This document shows, piece after piece, positions 9,663 to 17,902 of a stretch of 33,555 nucleotides of DNA. Origin of the DNA: Candidatus Micrarchaeota archaeon (GTDB lineage: Archaea > Micrarchaeota > Micrarchaeia > Micrarchaeales > CABMGC01). The translations under genes were made by a program, and so were the position numbers. The stretch spans positions 1 to 33,555 of the forward strand of contig DAHVVD010000029.1 of assembly GCA_027328265.1 (NCBI GenBank), in the 5' to 3' direction. Below the pieces are notes generated by a model that saw only the letters and a list, made by a program, of their open reading frames with translations, was not told where the DNA came from and made no database searches. How positions within the stretch are numbered: the stretch's first letter is position 1; each line of letters opens with the position of its first letter.

Positions 9663-9758
9663 CGGGCCCGGCGGGATTTTCAGAACCAAAATGTCCGTTT
9701 GAACCCGCGACCATCAGATTAGAAGTCTGCCGCTCTATCCAAGCTGAGCTACGGGCCC
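9663..9758 (-). tRNA. tRNA-Arg (anticodon TCT) with an apparent 21-nt intron in the T-loop
   Basis: Minus-strand read: GGGCCCG TA GCTC AGCTTGGATA GAGC G GCAGA CTTCTAA TCTGA TGGTC GCGGG TTCAAA[cggacattttggttctgaaaa]T CCCGC CGGGCCC G. All stems pair except 27:43. The T-arm closes only if 21 nt are removed. Confidence 0.7.
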
Positions 9759-9764
9759 GCGCTA

Positions 9765-10529
9765 TCATATGTAAAAGTACTCTTTAATAGTTTTGGTTAT
9801 CCGCTCCGCCGTTTCATCAAGGCTCAGTCCCTTGATAGTTGCAATATAATTCACCACGTCAACCACATCTGCAGGTGTTTTGCCCACAGCAGGCGAGTCA
9901 GTTTCAGCAACTATACTACTAAGCTCAATGCTCTTTATAACCCTTTTCCTCCTGCCCGATTCTCCTGGAGGCATCGAGATTATGTAGCCTCTCCTTTCAG
10001 CGCGCTTTGCCATCTCCTCGTCTCCCTCGAAAAAATGAAAGACGGCGCGCTCTACCTCTTCCTTCTCGAGTATCTCCATCACCTTCCCGATAGCCTTCCT
10101 TGCATGTACAACAACTGGAAACCCCAGCTCCTTCGCCACAGCTATCTGCTTTGTGAAGGCATCGACTTGCCTTTCCATCCCTACCGCCTCAAGTATTGTC
10201 TCGTCAAGCCCGATCTCCCCGATGCCGATTATGTTCTTGTTCATCTTCACCAAGTCCATCAGCTCTGCTATCTGTTCGTAATTGGATCCGGAAAAATCAG
10301 GGCTTATTCCAACAACCCCGTATACGCCTTCCTTCGCAAGCTCAAGCATCCTGACATTGCTACTCGCGTTGCTGCCTGCAGTTATGATTATACCGACTCC
10401 CCTCATTCTCGAATCATAGATGACTTTCTCAGCGTCATCGAAAAGGTCTAGGTGGCAGTGGGCATCGGAGAAGGCAACCGCATCCTCCATCCTCATTAGC
10501 CTTGTAGAAGCCTGAGCCGTACCTTGCAC
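9765..10529 (-). CDS. TatD-family metal-dependent hydrolase
   Basis: N-terminal DAHCHLD motif, internal GEIGLD, HAR/HFF motifs. The start may be Met 10496 or 10490. Confidence 0.8.
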   Translation of the reverse strand: MQGTAQASTRLMRMEDAVAFSDAHCHLDLFDDAEKVIYDSRMRGVGIIITAGSNASSNVRMLELAKEGVYGVVGISPDFSGSNYEQIAELMDLVKMNKNIIGIGEIGLDETILEAVGMERQVDAFTKQIAVAKELGFPVVVHARKAIGKVMEILEKEEVERAVFHFFEGDEEMAKRAERRGYIISMPPGESGRRKRVIKSIELSSIVAETDSPAVGKTPADVVDVVNYIATIKGLSLDETAERITKTIKEYFYI

Positions 10530-10604
10530 AGAATCACTAAGAATCTTTATATATTGATATTGACTAAACTATAAAAGTGTAGCCGTTTCCACAGCGTGTA
10601 GCCT

Positions 10605-11705
10605 ATGGCATCCTCAAGTACTAAAACAAGACAAACACAAGCCTCGAAGAAGGCTCAGGCATTGACATACGCAGCAGTAGCGTTCAGCATAATCGCGATT
10701 CTGATTTCTTCCTATTCTTTCATACACCCAAAGATTAAGACGGTTTACGTGAACACAACCGTCTATCTGAACGGCACCTCGCCTCCGACAACGCTTACTA
10801 AATACAATATCAGTGGCACCCTCATAACGCCACCGTACTCACTCGCATCAGATCCTGTGATCAATAAGTCGGCGCCGTTCGGCAGGACACTCAATGGAAT
10901 AAACCAGCCTCTTAACTCCAGCTCCCTTGCAGTAATAAACAAAGCCCCAAATTCCTATTTCGAGACAGCAGGCCTCAAGTACCTCAACAACTCGCTCTCG
11001 AACCAGGTTGGGGCATCGGCTAACCCTGTGCCAGCGTTCATGGTCAACGGCAAGCCTTCTGTCATATACTTCGGCTCTATAACATGCATCTTCTGCGGCG
11101 AGAACAGATGGGCTATGGCGCTTGCACTTTCCAGATTCGGCAACTTTTCCACACTTTACACAGGCTACAGTTCTCTTGGCGACGCTGATCTGCCCACACT
11201 CTACTGGTCTCCTGCGCATTACAACCAGTCCGCAGTGGATCTCGGCTCCTTCTACAGCAGCAATTATATAAACTTCATAGCGATCGAGGACACCGACCCG
11301 ATAACCGGCGGCTTCAGCCTGCAGCCTGTCGCGACCATACAACAGGAAGTTAACAGCACAGGAAACACAGCCTACATGGACGCTATGGCATACCTAATTC
11401 AGACTGGGGACAAGTACAAGAATTTTGGAGGCACTCCTTACGCGATATGGGGCACATTCCAGATCGATGGCGCAGACGCTGTCGACTTAGGCAACACAAC
11501 CACCCAGATAAACTCGACGTATGCACTAGGATACATGACGCACGCGCAGGTTTTGCAGCAGCTCTCCAATCCAAACGACCAGTTCGCATGGACAGAGTAT
11601 GCCGCTGCCGATCTCTATGTTGCTATGATCTGCAGCACCATAAGCAACACAGCGCCTGTATGCAAGCTCTCAGCGGTACAGAGCCTGGAAGCACGCGGGT
11701 ATTGA
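10605..11705 (+). CDS. DUF929-like membrane-anchored thioredoxin-fold protein
   Basis: N-terminal TM anchor. 'FGSITCIFCGENRWAMALALSRFGNF' matches the CxxC-containing core I associate with DUF929. Many N-x-S/T sequons. Confidence 0.65.
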   Translation: MASSSTKTRQTQASKKAQALTYAAVAFSIIAILISSYSFIHPKIKTVYVNTTVYLNGTSPPTTLTKYNISGTLITPPYSLASDPVINKSAPFGRTLNGINQPLNSSSLAVINKAPNSYFETAGLKYLNNSLSNQVGASANPVPAFMVNGKPSVIYFGSITCIFCGENRWAMALALSRFGNFSTLYTGYSSLGDADLPTLYWSPAHYNQSAVDLGSFYSSNYINFIAIEDTDPITGGFSLQPVATIQQEVNSTGNTAYMDAMAYLIQTGDKYKNFGGTPYAIWGTFQIDGADAVDLGNTTTQINSTYALGYMTHAQVLQQLSNPNDQFAWTEYAAADLYVAMICSTISNTAPVCKLSAVQSLEARGY

Positions 11706-11706
11706 A

Positions 11707-12237
11707 GTGCCACAGGCCAGTGTGAAGCCGGGAAGGTTCCTCGTATTCAAATCTATCTTCTCTTCCCCATTCTCATTGGTGCTCTTAGCAACCGCCTCCA
11801 TTGCATATTACTATTTCATAATGTATATCATAAGGATAAGCGGCAGCGGCCTTGCCCTCGTAACAGCGCCGATCTACCTGATATATCTTACCGTAGTCAC
11901 GTCAGGTCTGCTTCTCACCATCAGCATATACTCCCTGCATCTCTCCCTGAAAAGCATGGCGAGCGAGGTGTCGGAGGGGGCAGCAAGCGTAGTAACCGTC
12001 TTCATAGGAAGCCTTGTTTCGAGCTGCGGATGCAGCGCGCCAATCCTTGGCACCATCCTTTACGGGATAGGATTTGACTCGGTAGGAGTCAGCGGCATAC
12101 TCTCGTTCGTCGGTTCGAACCAGTACCTCCTCCTTGGCATAATCTCCCTTGCAAACCTGCTCCTGATCTACTATTCCCTAGGGAAACTCTCAGGGGAATG
12201 CAAACTCAAGAACGGCAGGATAGTTCCAAGAAAGTAA
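11707..12237 (+). CDS. polytopic membrane protein with CGC motif (partner of DUF929 gene)
   Basis: GTG start 1 nt after the DUF929 stop. About 5 hydrophobic segments. 'SSCGCSAP' lies at a membrane boundary and there is a C-terminal Cys (GECKLKNG). Confidence 0.5.
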   Translation: MPQASVKPGRFLVFKSIFSSPFSLVLLATASIAYYYFIMYIIRISGSGLALVTAPIYLIYLTVVTSGLLLTISIYSLHLSLKSMASEVSEGAASVVTVFIGSLVSSCGCSAPILGTILYGIGFDSVGVSGILSFVGSNQYLLLGIISLANLLLIYYSLGKLSGECKLKNGRIVPRK

Positions 12238-12396
12238 GGCAGAAACTTCTCCTCGCAGCTCCTCTGACAAAAACAAAGTAATATTTTTAAATGGCAAGAA
12301 AACAAGCAAATACTTGATTGCCCAAGCCCGCGCAGAAGGCGTTTATAAACCTTTGTTTTATACATTCTGTAGTATTCCTGTAATATTAAAAACACA

Positions 12397-12424
12397 ATAG
12401 GTAGTAGTGTATAGGTAGTAGTGT
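12397..12424 (+). repeat. perfect tandem direct repeat, 2 x 14 bp (ataggtagtagtgt), 6 nt upstream of the nrdA start
   Basis: Read directly: ataggtagtagtgt at 12397-12410 and again at 12411-12424, then ggttgg ATG (12431). Confidence 0.9.
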
Positions 12425-12430
12425 GGTTGG

Positions 12431-15349
12431 ATGGCGTGGGGCAAGTTCGAAAATGTGAAAAAGCGCGATGGCACTGTAGACGAATTCAGGCCCGAGAAGA
12501 TAAACGAGGCCATAAGGAAGGCGATAGTTGCCACGAGAGGCAGTTCACTGGGCATAGACCTCAACGCCCTTACCGAGCATGCGCTGAAGAACATAGCGGT
12601 CAGATACGCAGGTTATAAGGCGCCTGACGTGGAAGGGGTACAGGACGTCGTCGAAAGGACACTCATGGAATTCGGCCTCTATGACGTCGCAAAGGCTTAC
12701 ATACTATACAGGGAAAGGCACAGGGAGATACGCGAGCGGAAGCAGCAGGAACTGCTGCAGGCAATAGAGCACGGCAATGTCAACGTAGTGAAGAGGAACG
12801 GAAGCAAAGAACGGTTCAAGGAGGCAAAACTCAAGGCATACCTATCGAGGGCATGCAAGGGCTTCGAGGGGGTTGTGGACGTAGAAATGCTGGCAAGGCA
12901 ATGCGAACTAGGGCTCTACGACGGGATAACTACGGCTGATATTTCAAAGCTGGCCATCATGTCATCAAAGGCGATGATAGAGCAGGATCTGGTCTCATAC
13001 GAGGCGATAACTGCAAGGCTCTTTCTCTCGTCTCTCTACAAGGAGGCCCTCCTCCCTGGATTCTCGGGCAACATGGAGAAGGCCTATCGCGATTCATTTG
13101 TTTCTTACATAGGGAAGTCAGTGGCCCAGGGCTTCCTTTCAAAGGAGATGCTCAATTTTGACTTGGAGAAACTCTCAAAGGCGCTCTCTATAGACCGCGA
13201 TCTCCTGATGAACAGCAGGGGCCTCCAGACCCTCTGCGACAGGTATTTCATAAAGGACAAGGAATCCTATCATGCAAGCGAGACGCCTCAGTTCTTCTGG
13301 ATGCGCGTGGCCATGGGACTCTCGCTTAACGAGAAGGACAGGGAAGCAAGTGCGATGCAGTTCTACGAGGCAATGTCATTGCTCAGGTTCGTGCCCTCCA
13401 CTCCTACACTATTCCATTCCGGCACGCCCAGGCCGCAGCTAAGCTCATGCTACCTTACAACAGTAGAGGACGACCTCACCCACATCTTCAAGGCGATATC
13501 CGACAACGCCCAGCTCTCCAAGTGGTCAGGAGGACTTGGCAACGACTGGACCAACATCAGGGCCACAGGCTCGCCAATAAAGAGCACAAACGTCGAGAGC
13601 CAGGGGGTCATACCTTTTCTTAAGATAGCCAACGACACTACAGTCGCGATAAACCGCTCAGGCAAGAGGCGCGGCGCCACATGCGCCTACCTAGAGACAT
13701 GGCACATGGACATAGAGGACTTCATAGACCTCAGGAAGACCACAGGCGACGAGAGGAGGAGGACTCACGACATGGACACTGCGAACTGGATACCTGACCT
13801 CTTCATGAAGCGCGTTATGAACGACGAGAACTGGACGCTCTTTTCTCCAAACGACGTGCCCGAGCTTCACCAGACCTACGGCAAGAAATTCGAGGAGAAG
13901 TACCTTGAGTATGAGAGGATGGCTGCCGAGGGCAAGATCCCACTCTTCAAGACAGTGCGCGCAGCCTCGCTCTGGAGGAGGATGATAACCTCGCTCTTCG
14001 AGACCGGCCACCCATGGATGGTCTTCAAGGATCCAGCCAACGTGCGTTCTCCGCAGGACCACGCCGGCGTGGTGCACAGCTCAAACCTATGCACTGAGAT
14101 AACCCTCAACACGGCCAAGGACGAGACAGCCGTCTGCAACCTCGGCTCGATAAACATACCGATGCACATACGCAACGGCCATCTCGACAGCGAGCTGCTG
14201 AAAGAGACGATACTGACAGCGATGCGCATGCTAGACAATGTCATAGACATAAACTATTATCCAACTCCAGAGGCAAAGAACTCGAACATGAAACACAGAC
14301 CGGTAGGTCTGGGCATAATGGGCTGGCAGGACGCGCTCTACGCGCTCGGGCTGAGCTTCGATTCTGAGGAGGGGGTGGAGCTCGCGGACGAGAGCATGGA
14401 AACCATCTCCTATTATGCCATATTGGCCTCGACTGAGCTCGCCAGGGAGCGCGGGCATTATGAGACATTCAAGGGCTCAAAGTGGGACCGCAGCCTACTT
14501 CCAATAGACACACTTGACATGCTTGAGCAGCAGCGAGGCATCAAGATAGACGTTCCGAGGACATCTAGGATGGACTGGTCTATAGTAAGGAACGCGATAA
14601 AGCAGTACGGCATGAGGAACTCGAACTGCATGGCCATAGCCCCCACGGCGACGATTTCCAACATAGCAGGCTGCTATCCTTCGACAGAGCCGATCTACAA
14701 GAACATCTACGTCAAGTCCAACATGAGCGGTGAATTCACCGTGGTCAACAAGTACCTCGTCGAGGACCTCAAGGCACTTGAGCTCTGGAATCGCACCACG
14801 CTCGAAAAGATAAAGGAGGCAGACGGCAACCTCCAGAACATTGAGTACATACCCCAGAAGCTGAAGAAGAAGTATAAGGAGGCATTCGACATAGAACCGG
14901 AATGGCTCATACGTTCAGCAGCGAGGAGGGCGAAGTGGATAGACCAGAGCCAATCGCTAAACATCTTCAGCGCCACCAACTCCGGCAAGCGCCTCGCCGA
15001 GATATACATGTACGCATGGAAGATGGGACTCAAGTCAACCTACTACCTGAGGACTATAGCGGCATCGGTGATAGAGAAGAGCACACTTGAGATTACAAAC
15101 AGGACAGCGAAGATAGTGATAGAGACCAAGATGAACGACGAGCAGAGGAACAATCCGCCGCTGCAGGAGAAGTCCGAGGCCGACGAGAACAACAGGATGG
15201 TCAGCGTTGGAGACTCCGGTTCGATGGCGCAGGTGCAGATAAAGAAAGAGGCATCGGCTCCAACTGAGCAGGAGACTGTTGAGGGTAAGGCATGCGGGGT
15301 TGACGGCCACCCGATGTCAGAAGAAGAGAACTGTGAAGCATGCCAGTAG
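12431..15349 (+). CDS. nrdA: ribonucleotide reductase class I alpha subunit with two tandem ATP-cones
   Basis: Two VxKRxGxxExF ATP-cone starts (VKKRDGTVDEF, VVKRNGSKERF), catalytic SSNLCTEI and QLSSCYL motifs, C-terminal CEAC pair, and an adjacent beta-subunit gene. Confidence 0.92.
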   Translation: MAWGKFENVKKRDGTVDEFRPEKINEAIRKAIVATRGSSLGIDLNALTEHALKNIAVRYAGYKAPDVEGVQDVVERTLMEFGLYDVAKAYILYRERHREIRERKQQELLQAIEHGNVNVVKRNGSKERFKEAKLKAYLSRACKGFEGVVDVEMLARQCELGLYDGITTADISKLAIMSSKAMIEQDLVSYEAITARLFLSSLYKEALLPGFSGNMEKAYRDSFVSYIGKSVAQGFLSKEMLNFDLEKLSKALSIDRDLLMNSRGLQTLCDRYFIKDKESYHASETPQFFWMRVAMGLSLNEKDREASAMQFYEAMSLLRFVPSTPTLFHSGTPRPQLSSCYLTTVEDDLTHIFKAISDNAQLSKWSGGLGNDWTNIRATGSPIKSTNVESQGVIPFLKIANDTTVAINRSGKRRGATCAYLETWHMDIEDFIDLRKTTGDERRRTHDMDTANWIPDLFMKRVMNDENWTLFSPNDVPELHQTYGKKFEEKYLEYERMAAEGKIPLFKTVRAASLWRRMITSLFETGHPWMVFKDPANVRSPQDHAGVVHSSNLCTEITLNTAKDETAVCNLGSINIPMHIRNGHLDSELLKETILTAMRMLDNVIDINYYPTPEAKNSNMKHRPVGLGIMGWQDALYALGLSFDSEEGVELADESMETISYYAILASTELARERGHYETFKGSKWDRSLLPIDTLDMLEQQRGIKIDVPRTSRMDWSIVRNAIKQYGMRNSNCMAIAPTATISNIAGCYPSTEPIYKNIYVKSNMSGEFTVVNKYLVEDLKALELWNRTTLEKIKEADGNLQNIEYIPQKLKKKYKEAFDIEPEWLIRSAARRAKWIDQSQSLNIFSATNSGKRLAEIYMYAWKMGLKSTYYLRTIAASVIEKSTLEITNRTAKIVIETKMNDEQRNNPPLQEKSEADENNRMVSVGDSGSMAQVQIKKEASAPTEQETVEGKACGVDGHPMSEEENCEACQ

Positions 15350-15361
15350 AAATGTGATATC

Positions 15362-16360
15362 ATGAAGCAAATACTTAACGCGTCTGAAATTGACCCCAAC
15401 AAGATCCTCCCGATAAAATACGAATGGGCCAGGACCCATTACAAGGCAGGAGTCGCGAACAACTGGGTGCCTGAAGAGATACCGATGCAGCAGGACATAG
15501 AGCTCTGGAAGAAGAAGGGAGGCCTGAGCGACGAGGAAAGAAGGATGATACTCTGGAACCTTGGCTTCTTCTCCACAGCAGAGAGCCTGACAGCCAACAA
15601 CATAGTACTCTCGATATACAGGCACATAACAAACCCAGAGTCGAGGCAGTACTTACTGAGGCAGGCTTACGAAGAAGCTGTCCACACCGAGATGTTCCTC
15701 TACTGCTGCGATTCCCTCGGCCTGGACCCTGACGAGATATACAACATGTACAATACAGTACCTAGCATAAAGGCCAAGGACGATTTCGTGGTTGAGCTGA
15801 CAAAAACAATGCTCAATCCCAACTTCAGCACCGTGGGGAAGGAGAACATCCAGACGTTCGTCTACGACCTCGTGGGCTACTACATCATAATGGAAGGAAT
15901 CTTCTTCTACGCAGGATTCGCGATGATGCTCTCGCTCCTGAGGAGCAACAGGATGGTCGGCGTAGGCGAGCAGTTCCAGTACGTGCTGCGCGACGAGACT
16001 GTGCATCTGGCATTCGGCGCCGACCTGATAAACCAGATAGTCGAGGAGAACCCAGAGATCTGGACAGAGGACTTCAAGAAATCCATAACAGCTTCGATAC
16101 TCAAGGGCGTGGACCTCGAGATAGCATACGCGAGGGACGCCCTGCCCAAGGGCATACTCGGCCTGAATGCCGAGACCATAAAGGAGTACATGGAGTACAT
16201 AGCAGACAGGAGGCTCGAGAGGATAGGACTCAAGAAGGTCTTCAACTCCGAGAACCCGTTCCCATGGATGAGCGAGATCATAGACCTCAGGAAGGAGAAG
16301 AACTTCTTCGAGACAAGGGTAACAGAGTACAAGAACCGCGGAGAACTCTCTTGGGAGTAG
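15362..16360 (+). CDS. nrdB: ribonucleotide reductase class I beta subunit (class Ic-like)
   Basis: Ferritin-like ligand motifs STAES, EEAVHTEMF, MEGIFF, RDETVHLAF. Phe occupies the radical-Tyr position (4 residues after the His of ExxH). Glu occupies the first-ligand position. Confidence 0.92.
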   Translation: MKQILNASEIDPNKILPIKYEWARTHYKAGVANNWVPEEIPMQQDIELWKKKGGLSDEERRMILWNLGFFSTAESLTANNIVLSIYRHITNPESRQYLLRQAYEEAVHTEMFLYCCDSLGLDPDEIYNMYNTVPSIKAKDDFVVELTKTMLNPNFSTVGKENIQTFVYDLVGYYIIMEGIFFYAGFAMMLSLLRSNRMVGVGEQFQYVLRDETVHLAFGADLINQIVEENPEIWTEDFKKSITASILKGVDLEIAYARDALPKGILGLNAETIKEYMEYIADRRLERIGLKKVFNSENPFPWMSEIIDLRKEKNFFETRVTEYKNRGELSWE

Positions 16361-16394
16361 CAAAACAAGCTACTTGCAGCGCAGCATCAACTAT

Positions 16395-16434
16395 AGCTTA
16401 TTAAAGATAGCTTTTTCTTATATATTCGATTCAC
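16395..16434 (+). promoter_or_regulatory. promoter module of pilin gene 1 (TATA-like ttattaaagatag), duplicated at 17366-17404
   Basis: The 40 nt upstream of the start are near-identical to the 39 nt upstream of pilin gene 2. The AT-rich box lies about 25-37 nt upstream of the start codon. Confidence 0.45.
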
Positions 16435-17313
16435 TTGGCGGCGTTCAAGCTCCAAAGCGCCATGGAGTACCTGATGACCTACGGATGGGCCATACTGATA
16501 ATTGCAGTTGTACTGGGTGCGCTCTTCACACTTGGATTCTTCAATTCTGCTAACCTGGCTCCAAAAGTGCCTCCTGGAAGCTGCAAGGTCTACAGACCGA
16601 ACGGCCCAGGAACCACGTCGTACATAAACACTGAAGGAACATGCAATAATGGTCTGCCGCAATATGCCGCAAAATTCAACGGGGCCTCGAGTTACATAAA
16701 CCTCGGCTCAGGCGTCTCTTCTTATACATCTGGAAACTTCGCGGTAAGCTTCTGGGCTTACGCTACAGGTGCTTCAGGTTCTACGGCAGTTTCTTCCGTT
16801 GCTTCTGGAGGATGGAATAGCAATCTCTTTGTCATTTATGTTGGAGATACAGCCATTAACGGCGCGGCTAAAGTATACTGGAATGGCGGAACCATAGCTA
16901 CAGCTGCTGCAGCCTCAACCGTAACGAACGGCTGGCACTTTTTTGCAGTTACGGATAATGGGGGCACCATGAATATATATATCGACGGAGCTAATGCCGC
17001 GGCCGGCTCAGTCAGCGGTACAATCACCGCGGTCTCTACGTTTATAGGAGCTGCTGATGATGATGGCAGCCCTACGCAATTTTATCCCGGAGAGATTTCA
17101 AATGTGCAGATCTACAACAGTTCTTTATCCCAAAACGAAATAACAAGCCTTTATGACGAGGGTATTGGTGGCGCGCCGATAGTACTACCATGGCTTGTGG
17201 GATGGTGGCCTCTGAACGGCAACGGCAAGGACTACAGCGGAGACCTCAACAACGGAGCTGTGACTAACACGGTATTCATAACTTCTTGGACATCCAGCTA
17301 TTCGGCACCATGA
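16435..17313 (+). CDS. type IV pilin-like protein (class III signal peptide) fused to a LamG/concanavalin-A-like domain
   Basis: N-terminus (M)AAFKLQSAMEYLMTYGWAILIIAVVLGALF is an archaeal prepilin-type signal. 'GNFAVSFWAY ... NGWHFFAVTDNGGTMNIYIDGA ... GEISNVQIYNSSLSQNEITSLY' is typical of LamG (Laminin_G_3-like) domains. TTG start aligned with the ATG of the paralog. Confidence 0.7.
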   Translation: MAAFKLQSAMEYLMTYGWAILIIAVVLGALFTLGFFNSANLAPKVPPGSCKVYRPNGPGTTSYINTEGTCNNGLPQYAAKFNGASSYINLGSGVSSYTSGNFAVSFWAYATGASGSTAVSSVASGGWNSNLFVIYVGDTAINGAAKVYWNGGTIATAAAASTVTNGWHFFAVTDNGGTMNIYIDGANAAAGSVSGTITAVSTFIGAADDDGSPTQFYPGEISNVQIYNSSLSQNEITSLYDEGIGGAPIVLPWLVGWWPLNGNGKDYSGDLNNGAVTNTVFITSWTSSYSAP

Positions 17314-17365
17314 TTTTACTTAAAATCTGCGGCAGCCCTGCCAAACAAGGAATCAAGATTAGTAA

Positions 17366-17404
17366 AGCTTATTAAAGATTGCTTTTCTTATATATGGGAT
17401 TCTC
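17366..17404 (+). promoter_or_regulatory. promoter module of pilin gene 2 (copy of 16395-16434)
   Basis: agcttattaaagattgcttttcttatatatgggattctc, compared with copy 1 agcttattaaagatagctttttcttatatattcgattcac. Confidence 0.45.
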
Positions 17405-17902
17405 ATGGCGGCATTTAAGCTCCAAAGCGCATTGGAGTACCTGATGACGTACGGATGGGCGATACTTATCATTGCCATAGTTATTGCCGCACTCTTCCTT
17501 ATCGGAGCATTCAACGGAGGACTAGGCACTTTCTGCAACGCCCAACCAGGCTACACCTGCTCAGTGACACAGTACAGCGCAGCTACAGGCAACCTAGTCG
17601 TGGTCATAGGCCAGAGTTCAGGCTCGTCATGGATGACTGCCAACGCTGCCTTTGTTCCTACAGCATCTGAGTCCAACGTAGTAAGCACAAGCTCTATTTC
17701 GGCCTTCTCTCAAAACACAGCCGCACTAGCAAACCTTGGCTCAGGAACCAGCGCAGCAGTCACGCTTCCAGTCTCAGCACCAGGCACCGTAGCAGGCTCC
17801 AGCACAACTGGTTACATCTGGGTGCAGTACACAACCGCAACCACCGGATCGGGCTCATCTGTGCTCGTCCAAGTGGCAACAGTCGGTGCAAAGGCGACAT
17901 AA
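17405..17902 (+). CDS. type IV pilin-like protein (class III signal peptide), Ser/Thr/Ala-rich
   Basis: MAAFKLQSALEYLMTYGWAILIIAIVIAALF is near-identical to the N-terminus of the upstream gene. The remainder is a small S/T/A/G-rich domain. Confidence 0.7.
   Translation: MAAFKLQSALEYLMTYGWAILIIAIVIAALFLIGAFNGGLGTFCNAQPGYTCSVTQYSAATGNLVVVIGQSSGSSWMTANAAFVPTASESNVVSTSSISAFSQNTAALANLGSGTSAAVTLPVSAPGTVAGSSTTGYIWVQYTTATTGSGSSVLVQVATVGAKAT

Noticed and set aside
11447-11725. 92-aa alternative-frame ORF bridging the DUF929 gene and the downstream membrane gene.
   Set aside because: It is an Arg/Cys/His-rich off-frame translation, fully overlapped by better-supported CDSs.
12391-12424. Possible NrdR box upstream of nrdA (ACAC...GTGT symmetry).
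   Set aside because: The sequence does not fit the 16-bp NrdR palindrome consensus (acaCwAtATaTwGtgt), and NrdR is a bacterial regulator not expected here. It is kept only as an unexplained tandem repeat.
15653-16368. 236-aa and 153-aa antisense ORFs opposite nrdB. Similar antisense ORFs lie opposite nrdA (13691-14250, 14707-15402).
   Set aside because: These are shadow ORFs of well-supported RNR genes, with no recognisable domains or independent start signals.
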